Shown: in pieces, positions 1 to 8,911 of the stretch | How the letters are laid out: every line of letters starts with the position of its first letter | How positions within the stretch are numbered: position 1 is the first letter of the stretch | Origin: Chloroflexota bacterium | GTDB lineage: Bacteria; Chloroflexota; Dehalococcoidia; Lucifugimonadales; UBA3495 | Length of the DNA: 45,047 nt | Assembly (NCBI GenBank): GCA_027623675.1 | Contig: JAQBVF010000030.1 | Span: 1-45,047 of the forward strand | Direction: 5' to 3' | Made by a program: the position numbers and the translations under genes | Notes under the pieces: generated by a model | What the model saw: the letters and a program-made list of their open reading frames with translations, nothing else | What the model was told of the DNA's origin: nothing | Databases searched by the model: none

Positions 1-69
1 TTAACACGTCCTTACCTTAGACCTCAACTAAGCCCTCTCCTATGCCACTCCGGTTCTTGCAACAGAACC
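1..69 (-). mobile_element. End of a probable IS6-family insertion sequence (terminal inverted repeat plus 56 bp, cut by window edge)
   Basis: Minus strand from 69 reads GGTTCTGTTGCAA, matching the IS6-family end consensus (IS257/IS431/IS1216 GGTTCTGTTGCAAA). It begins where the adjacent LLM reading frame turns into non-family sequence. Confidence 0.65.
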
Positions 70-538
70 GCTTGAAAGAGGCCGTTGGGTTGAAGTTGAA
101 ATAATCCAACAGATTGGGATAATCAGCGAAACACACCGACTCGCCATTCAACAGCCGCCGCAGACTCTGGGAAGTTTCGCGCAGGATGCTGACCGGCCTG
201 GGAGTTTTGACCCAATTGTGAGTCATTGGATTGCCGAATCCGAGTCCGATGCTCAACTCCCGGCCTTCCATCAACTCGCTGATCGAAGCCACCATGTCAG
301 CCAGGTCAACGGGATTTCGGAAGTACTGGACGGTGATCGCCGTGCCCAACTTGGTCTTGAGATTGCAGGCGAGGGCCGCCAGGACGACGAAAGAGTTGCG
401 GCTTCTGAGATTGTCGGTGACCCAGATCTGGCCGACTCCCTTGGACTCCGCCTGCTTGGCCAATTCGATCAGGTGGGGCAGGGGAACGCCGGCATAAGTG
501 GGCAGGTGAAATTGAATACCCGTTTCTAGTGGATTCAT
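70..538 (-). pseudogene. LLM-class (Mer-like, flavin/F420-dependent) oxidoreductase, N-terminal half only, truncated by IS
   Basis: Motifs AESKGVGQIWVTD, LGTAITVQYFRNP, GRELSIGLGFG are typical of the luciferase-like TIM barrel. Only about 156 codons precede the IS end, against roughly 330 expected. Confidence 0.8.
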
Positions 539-773
539 CGCCTGAGTCTACAGGAAAATTAACCGCCTGGCTTTCGTGTCTGGGACCGGCTATTTTCCAT
601 CGATCTGGCGGCCCAAGCCGGAATTGGTCCGCCTATTTTGTTAAGATGTTTCGGCTGGCAAGGATTCGGACGATCGGATAGCCGGGTCAGAGGCAGATAA
701 GACCGAGATCAAGATCGAAGAAGACCGGACCGCCGGGCGAGCGGCCGGGTCCCGCTGGTGGACGTGTTCAGTC

Positions 774-1016
774 CCGCCCACGCTGCTGGTCCACGGCACA
801 TCGGACAGCCGGGTCGATCACTGCATGACCATGCGGATGTACCAGGCCTTGGAGGACGTGGGAGTTCCGGTGGACCTGCACCTCTACCCGGGTCAGGATC
901 GCTCTCTTGACGCCGGCCCCGTGTTCAGCCAGGCTATCGTGGACGCCACCGGGCTGCTGATATCCAGATATGATTCGGTAAACACGTCTGCCAGGCCAGG
1001 CCAGTATGGCAGATGA
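774..1016 (+). pseudogene. C-terminal remnant of an alpha/beta hydrolase (esterase/S9-like)
   Basis: Frame of ORF 825..1016 extended upstream reads PPTLLVHGTSDSRVDHCMTMRMYQALEDVGVPVDLHLYPGQDR. There is no N-terminal half and Arg occupies the expected catalytic His position. Confidence 0.7.
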
Positions 1017-1043
1017 TTCCAAGTTTCAAAGAGTGAGAGTAAG

Positions 1044-2213
1044 GTGGAATCTCCCCAACACGACCTTCAATACTACCTGGACACCGCCGCCGAACTGGCT
1101 GAAAAGGTGGTGGACTATGCCGACCAGATCGACCGCGACCGGCAACTGCCCCTAGAGCTATCGAACGAGTTCGCCGACAAGGGCTTCTTCCGGCTGCTGC
1201 TGCCCAAGTCCCTGGGCGGCGCGCAACTCGACCATCCCGATTTCCTTCGCATCCTTGAGATATTCGCTGCCGTTGACGGCAGCACCGGCTGGTGCATCAA
1301 CCAGAACAACGTCTTCTCCACCAACTCGCTGCGCATGCCCCTGGGTGTGGCCCAGGAGATCTACTCCAATCAGCGGGCGGTGGTCACCAACGGGCCGCCC
1401 GACTCGACGGCCAGAGCGGTTGCCTGCGACGGCGGTTACCGGCTTACCGGGCGGTGGAATTTCAGCAGCGGGATCACTCATGCCACCTGGATCGCCGCCC
1501 TGGCCCCCGTGCTGGCTCCAGGCCAAGAACCCAACCCAGTATTCGACCGGGCCAGCGGCCGGGTGATGCTGCTGCCCAAGAGCGAGGCGAAATTCGTGGA
1601 CTTCTGGCCGGTGCACGGACTGCGCGGCACCGCGAGCTTCAGCTTCCAGTTAGACGACGTCTTTGTGCCCGAATCCAGAAGCTACAGACCAACCGATATC
1701 CCACGGGAGGACGGGCCGGCCTACGTCATCCCCACAACCCTGCTGTTCGCCACCGGGTTCGCCACCGTGGCCCTGGGCGTGGCCAAAGCCAGCCTGGCTA
1801 CGGCCATCGACCTGGCGGCAACCAAGATTCCGGGCCGGGCGCACCGGCTCTTGCGCGATGAATCAACCACCCAACGGATCGTTGGGGAATCGGAGGCCAT
1901 CTGGCACTCGGCCAAGGCCTTGCTGCGGGAATCGGCGGCGTCGGTCTGGGAGAGCGCCATCCAGAAGCAGCCACTGACCACCGAGCAGCGGATCAAGCTG
2001 CGCATGGCGGCGACCTTCGGCATCAGGAAGGCGGCGGAGGTGGTCGACACTGCCTATAGCCTCTGCGGTTCCAACGCCATCTTGGAGACCAACCCGGTCA
2101 ACCGCCGATTCCAAGACATCCACGTGATCTCACAGCACATCCAGGGACGGGCCACGCACTTCGAAACCATTGGCCAGTTCTTCATGGACCTGGAACCCGA
2201 GGGAAATTTCTAG
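1044..2213 (+). CDS. Acyl-CoA dehydrogenase-fold flavin-dependent monooxygenase (HsaA/IacA-like oxygenase component)
   Basis: 389 aa; LLPKSLGG, DGSTGW, GRWNFSSG, GLRGTAS, RRFQDIHVISQH motifs. Confidence 0.9.
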   Translation: MESPQHDLQYYLDTAAELAEKVVDYADQIDRDRQLPLELSNEFADKGFFRLLLPKSLGGAQLDHPDFLRILEIFAAVDGSTGWCINQNNVFSTNSLRMPLGVAQEIYSNQRAVVTNGPPDSTARAVACDGGYRLTGRWNFSSGITHATWIAALAPVLAPGQEPNPVFDRASGRVMLLPKSEAKFVDFWPVHGLRGTASFSFQLDDVFVPESRSYRPTDIPREDGPAYVIPTTLLFATGFATVALGVAKASLATAIDLAATKIPGRAHRLLRDESTTQRIVGESEAIWHSAKALLRESAASVWESAIQKQPLTTEQRIKLRMAATFGIRKAAEVVDTAYSLCGSNAILETNPVNRRFQDIHVISQHIQGRATHFETIGQFFMDLEPEGNF

Positions 2214-2255
2214 CAACCAGAACCAGGAATCACAAACTCGGCAGGGAGATGATTT

Positions 2256-3041
2256 ATGCCATATGTAGACAACTCGGGGGTAAAGATTCACTACCACGTT
2301 GAGGGAGACGGCCCCATGTTGGTGCTGCAACACGGTCTCACCAGCAGTCTGCAGAACTGGTACGCCTACGGCTTCGTCGAGGAGTTGCAGAAAGATTACC
2401 GGTTGGTGCTGGTGGATGCCCGCGGACATGGCAAGAGCAGTAAACCCCACGACCCCAAGGACTACGACCTGAAGCTACGGGTCAGCGACATCTTGGCTGT
2501 GATGGACGACCTGGGGATCGACAAAGCCCACTACCTGGGGTACTCCATGGGCGGCCGCATCGGTTTTGGCCTGATCATGCACGCGCTGGACCGCTTCCAT
2601 TCCTTCATCATCGGCGGCATGGGCGCGGACACCGCCAACACCGACACTCCGCCCCAGGACCGCATCGGCCTGCTGCGGCAGGGTATGGCGGCATACGTGG
2701 CCCAAGCCGAAGCCAAGGAAGGCCCGATGGAAGCGGGGCGCCGGGAACGGCTGCTGGAGAACGACCCCGAGGCATTGATCGCGGCCACCACTGCCCCCAG
2801 AGGGACCGAAGGCGTCGAAGGTCTGTTGCCCGGCCTAAATGTGCCGTGCCTCCTCTACTGCGGCGATGCCGATGGGTTCTACTCAGGTTCCAAAGCGGCA
2901 TCCCAGGCCATACCCAACGCCGTCTTTGCGTCACTCCCGGGCCTGAATCACGGGCAAGCCTCCCGGGCCGGCGAGCAGGTGCTGCCCCACGTCACGGCGT
3001 TCCTTAAGACGGCAAGCCAGAGAGTGGCGGCGGGCGCTTAG
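2256..3041 (+). CDS. Alpha/beta fold hydrolase
   Basis: HG oxyanion motif, DARGHGKS, GYSMGG nucleophile elbow, GDAD and NH; RBS GGGAG. Confidence 0.92.
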   Translation: MPYVDNSGVKIHYHVEGDGPMLVLQHGLTSSLQNWYAYGFVEELQKDYRLVLVDARGHGKSSKPHDPKDYDLKLRVSDILAVMDDLGIDKAHYLGYSMGGRIGFGLIMHALDRFHSFIIGGMGADTANTDTPPQDRIGLLRQGMAAYVAQAEAKEGPMEAGRRERLLENDPEALIAATTAPRGTEGVEGLLPGLNVPCLLYCGDADGFYSGSKAASQAIPNAVFASLPGLNHGQASRAGEQVLPHVTAFLKTASQRVAAGA

Positions 3042-3073
3042 CTTGCCAATCAGGATCGGCGGGAGGCGCAAGA

Positions 3074-3490
3074 ATGCCTGGAAGTGAATCTCCTGGCAAT
3101 GGTTTTACGGAAAGTGAACAGGGGGCCATCAAGGCGCTTGAGGGTTTCATGGCCGCGCTTAACGCCGGGGATAACCAAGCCTTGTTCGACACCATGCACA
3201 CGCCCCACATCCGAATCTCTGGCACCGGCGTCGCCATCTTCGCCGACCGGGATGAGTTGGAGAAGAACTACCTAAAGGGGTTCGCCGCGCGGGCCGGGGA
3301 CAAGTGGCACCATACGGTTCTCGACTCTGCGGAGGCGCTGCACAGCTCGGGAGACAAGGTCCATCTGTTCATCCAGTGGACCCGTTACGACAAAGAGGAC
3401 CGGCCGCTGCTCACCCACCAAGCGCTCTGGATCATGACCAAGGTTGACGGACGCTGGGGGGCCCAGGCCCGTTCCAGCTTCGCCCCGTGA
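3074..3490 (+). CDS. NTF2/SnoaL-like small protein
   Basis: 138 aa, RBS GGGAGG, N-terminal FMAALNAGD helix and C-terminal KVDGRWG pattern. Confidence 0.75.
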   Translation: MPGSESPGNGFTESEQGAIKALEGFMAALNAGDNQALFDTMHTPHIRISGTGVAIFADRDELEKNYLKGFAARAGDKWHHTVLDSAEALHSSGDKVHLFIQWTRYDKEDRPLLTHQALWIMTKVDGRWGAQARSSFAP

Positions 3491-3543
3491 TCGGGGATTG
3501 GCGCCACGATAGGATTGGCCAAACAGTGGACAGGAAAGGGTAG

Positions 3544-5700
3544 ATGGAACCGCGATCACCAATCATCGGCGCCTCGGTCAGCCGCATCGAGGGACCGGAA
3601 AAAGTCACGGGAGAAACGCTCTATGCCGGCGATGTGGCCCTGCTGGGGATGCTGTGGGGGAAGATTCTCCGCAGCCCTCATCCCCACGCCCGCATCAGGT
3701 CGATCGACGCCTCGGCGGCCTGGAGCGTGCCCGGCGTCAAGGCCGTCGTAACCGGGCAAGACAACATCGGCGGTCTGTTCGGTAAAGTGCTTCGAGACAT
3801 GCCGGTCCTCTGTTGGGACCGGGTCCGGTACATCGGAGACCGGGTCGCTGCCGTGGCGGCGGAGTCGCTTGATGCCGCCGAAGAGGCCCTGTTGCTGATC
3901 GACGTGGACTACGAGGTACTTCCCGCGGTGTTCGACCCAATGGAGGCCATGCAGCCCGGCGCGCCCCTGCTCCACGACGATGTGTCGGCCTATGAAGGCG
4001 CTCCACTGGAACTGCTCTGCCCCGACATCCGCAACGGCCAAACTCGGTTGGCCTGGACCAAGGGCGACATCGCCAAGGGCTTTGACGAAGCCTACATCGT
4101 GTTGGAGCATTCCTTCGCTATCCCCAGCCGTCACCAAGGCTACATCGAACCCTACGCCAGCGTAATCGCCATCGAGGACGCCCGTGACGGCGCCAAAGGA
4201 GGCAATAGCCGCATACAGGCCTGGTGTTCCAGCAAGGCCCCCTTCCGGGCGCGGCGGCAAACCGCTCTGTCGCTGGGCCTGGATGAAGAGCAGTTCCGGG
4301 TGAACGTGAACGCCGTCGGCGGCGATTTCGGCGGCAAGGGAGATGGCCGCGACCTCCCGATCGCCTACCTGTTGGCGAAGAAGGCCGATCGTCCAGTGAA
4401 GATCATCATGAGCTCCGTGGAAGAACTCACCGCCAGCAATCCGACCCACCCCACGTTCGTGACCGTCAAGTCGGGCGTGACCCGCGACGGCCGCCTGACC
4501 GCCCGTGAAGTCCGTACGGTCCATGCCAGCGGGGCCTACGGCGCCATGAAGCCCAGGGCCTACCTGTCCACCCACCACTACGTCGGCGGCGGCTACCGCG
4601 TCCCCAACGCCAACTTTGAGTTCTTGCAGGTTTACACCAACACGGTACCGGGCGGGTATTTCCGGGCGCCAGGAGCGCACCAGTACACCTTCGCCCTTGA
4701 GTCGCATACCGATCTGCTGGCCCGTGAGTTGGGTATGGACCCGGCGGAGTTTCGGCGGGCCAACCTTTTGGCGCCGGGCGATGAAGACGCATTGGGCCGT
4801 CCGCAGCTGACAGTGAACGTTAGGGAGGTTATGGATGCCGCCCTGGATGCCGCCGGTTGGGACCAGCCCATCACCGGCGCCGGACGCGGCCGGGGAGTGG
4901 CGCTTTTCGGACGCCAGATCGGCGGCGGTATCGCCGGCGCCGTGCTGACGGCGGAGGCCGATGGGTCGTTCAGCGTCATCAGCCCAACCGTGGATATCGG
5001 CACGGGCACCCACACCATCGAGAAGCAGATGGTCGCCAGCGAGATGAATGTTGGCCTGGACCAGGTCCGGGTTCGTCCCGGCGACACCGACAGCACGCCC
5101 TACGACGAGGGTCCCCGGGCCAGCCGGGTCACCTACACAGAGGGACAGGCCGTAGCCAAAGCCTGCGCCCAGATGAAACGGGCCATCGCCGACGGCGCGG
5201 CGCTGCCCTTGACCATCACCGTCGAGCACACGGCCCCAGAACGGGAGGACATCACCTATTTCAGCGCCCAGGTGGCCGAGGTCGAAGTGGACAGCGAAAC
5301 CGGCCAAGTCAAGGTGCTGCGTCTGGTCACCGCCCATGACGTTGGGACAATCATCAACCCACTGGCGCATCAGGGGCAGATCGACGGCGGCGTCATCACC
5401 GGCTTTGGCCTGGGGGTCACCGAGGAATTCGTGTCAGACGGGGGCCAGGTGCTGAACGGGAGTTTCGGTGATTACAAGCTGCCGACCATGGCCGACATCC
5501 CGGTCCTTGAGACGGTGCTGATAAAGTCTGGAGGCGGCACCGGACCCTACGAGTCCAAGGCCATTGGGGAGTTGGCCAATAACGCCACCGCCGCGGCGAT
5601 AGCCAACGCCGTCGCCGATGCCGTCGGTTGCCGGGTATTCGAGCTTCCCATCACCGCCGGCCGCGTTTACACGGCCCTCAAGACAGGTAAAGCGACCTAG
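3544..5700 (+). CDS. Xanthine dehydrogenase/aldehyde oxidoreductase family molybdopterin-binding large subunit
   Basis: 718 aa; KVTGETLY, RSPHPHARI, GGDFGGKG, FRAPG, GQIDGG, KAIGE motifs. Confidence 0.93.
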   Translation: MEPRSPIIGASVSRIEGPEKVTGETLYAGDVALLGMLWGKILRSPHPHARIRSIDASAAWSVPGVKAVVTGQDNIGGLFGKVLRDMPVLCWDRVRYIGDRVAAVAAESLDAAEEALLLIDVDYEVLPAVFDPMEAMQPGAPLLHDDVSAYEGAPLELLCPDIRNGQTRLAWTKGDIAKGFDEAYIVLEHSFAIPSRHQGYIEPYASVIAIEDARDGAKGGNSRIQAWCSSKAPFRARRQTALSLGLDEEQFRVNVNAVGGDFGGKGDGRDLPIAYLLAKKADRPVKIIMSSVEELTASNPTHPTFVTVKSGVTRDGRLTAREVRTVHASGAYGAMKPRAYLSTHHYVGGGYRVPNANFEFLQVYTNTVPGGYFRAPGAHQYTFALESHTDLLARELGMDPAEFRRANLLAPGDEDALGRPQLTVNVREVMDAALDAAGWDQPITGAGRGRGVALFGRQIGGGIAGAVLTAEADGSFSVISPTVDIGTGTHTIEKQMVASEMNVGLDQVRVRPGDTDSTPYDEGPRASRVTYTEGQAVAKACAQMKRAIADGAALPLTITVEHTAPEREDITYFSAQVAEVEVDSETGQVKVLRLVTAHDVGTIINPLAHQGQIDGGVITGFGLGVTEEFVSDGGQVLNGSFGDYKLPTMADIPVLETVLIKSGGGTGPYESKAIGELANNATAAAIANAVADAVGCRVFELPITAGRVYTALKTGKAT

Positions 5701-5710
5701 GCGCCGGTCA

Positions 5711-5942
5711 TTACCGGCGTAGGGTGGCCTTCAGTTCCTCGAATTCCTCTTTGTCAATCTCTCCTTTGGCCAGCCGTATCGCGGCAATCTCAGGCGGCGA
5801 TCTGTCGGATAAGCGCCAACCACCCGTGACCTGCTTGGTTATCCGGAGAACCGGTCCGATTATGGCCGCCCAGACAATGACCATCCGGCACGCTGCCAAA
5901 GACCCACCACCACCCCATGTCATCGTGATCTCCCCACATCAT
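5711..5942 (-). pseudogene. Small SHOCT-domain membrane protein, frameshifted
   Basis: ATG at 5942 after AGGGGA gives MMWGDHDDMGWWWVFGSV. One extra base near 5888 shifts into RMVIVWAAIIG...RLAKGEIDKEEFEELKATL (SHOCT motif). Total span of 232 nt is 3n+1. Confidence 0.7.
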
Positions 5943-6356
5943 GTTCCCCTAACGCCGACTAAGAGCCGGAATCAGATTCAGCCGAGAATCCCGATACCCT
6001 TGGTATTTGTCTGTCCGTAACCGCCGGGCAACCAGGCGCAAAGATTGTGAACCAAGTTGTTATATCCAGCGCAAGTGTTGGCGGTGTATCGATTCCGAGC
6101 TCCAGAACGCTCGCAGATCGCTGGATCAGGGAAATCTGATCTTACGGTGTTCCATTTGATCTTTAGGGTCTAACCCAATTTCGGATTGCGGACGCGGTTT
6201 TGCAAGAGAATTTACCGGGACGGAACCCGGCTGGATGTGGCTGTGCGAGGTTTTGCGATTCATACGCTTACGGCAACCAAAAGTGGCGCTTATTCGGTAT
6301 AATCCGTGCCATAATCTTTGACTTGACATAATTTCAGACAGACAAGTAGGTGAGAT

Positions 6357-7922
6357 ATGCGGCTTCATGACCTTTTCGACATTAATGCCAGAGAGTATGC
6401 CGAAGGCGAGTTTGCGGTTATGGGCGATTAACGGCTTTCTTACGGCGAGGCCAGCGAGCAGATCAACCGTCTGGCCAACGCCTTCTTGGATTCCGGCTTA
6501 CAGAAGGGAGACCGAATTTCACTGCTGTCAAAGAATAGCATCGAGTATGTAATCATCTATTTCGCCGCCTCAAAAGCAGGGGTTGTGCCCGTTCCGCTTA
6601 ACTACCGCCTGGCGCCGTCGGAGTGGGCATTCATCATCAACGATTCCCAGTCCAAGTTGCTGTTGGCCTCCGCCGAGTATCAGGCAGCCACCGACGCCAT
6701 CCGCGGCCAACTTGAGACCGTGCGCCAGTATGTGTCCATCGGCGCTCCCGATGCGGAAGGATGGACCAGTTACCGTGCCTGGGTAAACAGCCAGCCGGCG
6801 ACGCCGCCAGACCAGTACGTCTCGCCAGAAGATGATGCGAACCAGCTTTATACCAGCGGCACCACCGGCCGTCCCAAGGGCGCCGTGTTAACCCACCGAA
6901 ACCAGACCACCAACGTGTTTCAGACCCTACCCTCCACCGATATGAAACAGGGGCAGCGGACTCTGATCGTGGCGCCCCTGTTTCACGCCGCCGCCTCTTT
7001 CACTGCTTACCTGGCCGTTTCTCAGGCGAACAGCCTCTTTATCCAAGAGGACTTCGATCCGGTTGAAGTCGTCAGGGTCTTGGACGAAGAGCGGATCGGT
7101 TTCGCATTAATGGTTCCGGCCATGATCCAAGCCTGTTTGGTCGCCGCTCCCGACGTAGCCCAGCGGCGATACGACGAACTAAATTGCATCGCCTATGGCG
7201 CCTCGCCCATCGCCGAAGAGACCCTGCGCCGGGCCATGGATGCTTTCAAGTGTGATTTCGTTCAAGCCTTTGGGATGACCGAGTTGTCCCCGATAGCCAG
7301 CCTCCTGACTGCGAATGACCACCGCAGGGCGGTGAATGGCGAACCACAGCTGCTTCTATCCGCCGGACGGGCCGCCATGGGCAGCGAGATGCGCATCTTT
7401 GACGAGAACGACGACCCGGTTCCCAACGGGACCATGGGCGAGATCGTTGTCCGTGGGCCTCAGGTGATGAAGGGCTACTGGAACCGGCCCGATGAGACGG
7501 CAGAAGCCCTGCGCGGCGGCTGGATGCACACCGGTGACGCGGGCACCATGGACGATGAGGGCTTCATCTACGTGCAAGACCGGATCAAAGACATGATCGT
7601 GTCCGGAGGGGAGAACGTTTACCCCCGGATGGTCGAGGATGTCTTATTCAAGCATCCCGCAATCGCCGACGCCGCCGTGTTCGGCGTTCCCCACGAGCAA
7701 TGGGGTGAAACTGTGAAGGCGGCGGTCCAATTGGGCAAAGACGCTTCGGCCACGGAAGAAGAGATCATCGAGTTCTGCCGAAGACAGTTGGGCGGGTTCG
7801 AGTGTCCAACATCGGTGGATTTCATCGACGTGCTGCCCCGTAATGCCTCGGGCAAGGTCCTGAAGCGGGAGCTGAGGGAGCCGTACTGGGCAGGATATGG
7901 CCGCCGGGTTGCCGGGTCATGA
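6357..7922 (+). pseudogene. Long-chain-fatty-acid--CoA ligase (AMP-binding) with in-frame TAA at codon 25
   Basis: ATG 6357 after AGGTGA reads MRLHDLFDINAREYAEGEFAVMGD*RLSYGEASEQINRLANAF, in frame with ORF 6486..7922 (YTSGTTGRPKG, FGMTE, HTGD, SGGENVYP, SGK). Confidence 0.85.
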
Positions 7923-7954
7923 TAGCCGGGCGCCGGGTCTTCCCATGGGTCTCC

Positions 7955-8170
7955 CTACAGGTTGACCACCACCCACAGCCAGCAGACCCCGCCCCAGCCA
8001 ATCACGGTCGGCACGTAGATCGTTGAAGGAACCTCGATCTCCGCTCCGCGTTTCAGCAAGATCTTCGCTCTTTCTAAAGCTCTGCGTGAATCGAAACGGT
8101 CGGGACCGGTCAGCAGCCTAGGTGCGGTTGTGGCAAACTTCCGTGACGTTTTTAGCGGTTCATTGAGCAA
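7955..8170 (-). CDS. Hypothetical 71-aa protein with C-terminal hydrophobic anchor
   Basis: AGGGAGG RBS (8181-8187) 10 nt before TTG; G/C-ending codons in the C-terminal IYVPTVIGWGGVCWLWVVVNL segment. Confidence 0.6.
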   Translation of the reverse strand: MLNEPLKTSRKFATTAPRLLTGPDRFDSRRALERAKILLKRGAEIEVPSTIYVPTVIGWGGVCWLWVVVNL

Positions 8171-8210
8171 GGCAAGCAGACCTCCCTATCTGTGGTATTG
8201 CCGGGGCGTT

Positions 8211-8426
8211 CTATCGGTTACCCACCAAGGCGGGGGCACGGTCGAACGCTTGGGGCAGGGACGGCTCGGCGGGAAGCAGACCGGCGAAAGCCCATTGGCA
8301 ATTCTTGAATTCCCGGACTTGGTCGCATAACCGGCAAGTGCCGACGCTAACCGGCGCGGCGGACGGGCGCACGGCCCAACGGTGGGAGCAGTTTCGCCGC
8401 TTGAATATAAAGCTCTTTATTCGCAT
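8211..8426 (-). CDS. Small putative zinc-ribbon protein (C-x-H-x-W ... CxxC)
   Basis: GGAGG RBS (8433-8437) 6 nt before ATG; motif CSHRW-x13-CRLC-x3-REFKN. Confidence 0.7.
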   Translation of the reverse strand: MRIKSFIFKRRNCSHRWAVRPSAAPVSVGTCRLCDQVREFKNCQWAFAGLLPAEPSLPQAFDRAPALVGNR

Positions 8427-8826
8427 TGAACGCCTCCGGTATCGGAACGATTCTTGGACCGGTTGTGTTTCTTCTTGAGTTCAAGACTAGTCCAATATCC
8501 GGTCCGTTTCGATAGGGAAGACACTTAATTCCAGTGGGGGAAGCCCCGCATTGGAATCATGGTTAACCCCAATCGGTCACCCTCCGACTATCCCGGGATG
8601 AGTGGACCACGCCCCTATTTCAAGCCCCTAGGGTCAAGAAGGGTCTCGTTATTCGCAGCGGGCAGGCGGGAGAGGAATGAGGCCTGTCGGGCCTGATGCG
8701 GCTTTTGCCCGGCGGGAGGCGCAGTCTCTAGGCAGGGGGCAATCACGGCCCCGTTCGGCGACTGAGACAACGGCGACATCGGGCATCGCCCCGGCCGGGG
8801 AATATTGGGGTGCGTGGATAAAACAT

Positions 8827-8871
8827 GAAAAAGCTCAGTTGGGGCACATAACGTCCCAACTGAGCTTTTTC
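8827..8871. terminator. Intrinsic terminator, potentially bidirectional, downstream of the NHL gene
   Basis: Perfect 17-bp inverted repeat GAAAAAGCTCAGTTGGG/CCCAACTGAGCTTTTTC. Confidence 0.85.
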
Positions 8872-8911
8872 TGATACCGGTTGTCTTGTACGAAAGTCCG
8901 CTATCCGGAGC

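Noticed and set aside
3556..5370. 604-aa antisense ORF and many similar long shadow ORFs (e.g. 28216..29091, 39318..40181, 23635..24498)
   Set aside because: They lie opposite well-supported genes, lack motifs and are expected from high-GC codon bias.
3544..5700. Calling the molybdoprotein CoxL (CO dehydrogenase)
   Set aside because: It lacks the AYxCSFR and AYxGAGR motifs and has no coxM/coxS neighbours.
6429..6431. Programmed read-through or recoding of the internal stop
   Set aside because: The codon is TAA, not TGA (Sec) or TAG (Pyl), and TAA terminates many other genes here.
8677..8874. 65-aa plus-strand ORF with GAGGA upstream
   Set aside because: It runs through the terminator hairpin and has no recognisable protein features; it is unsupported, though not excluded.
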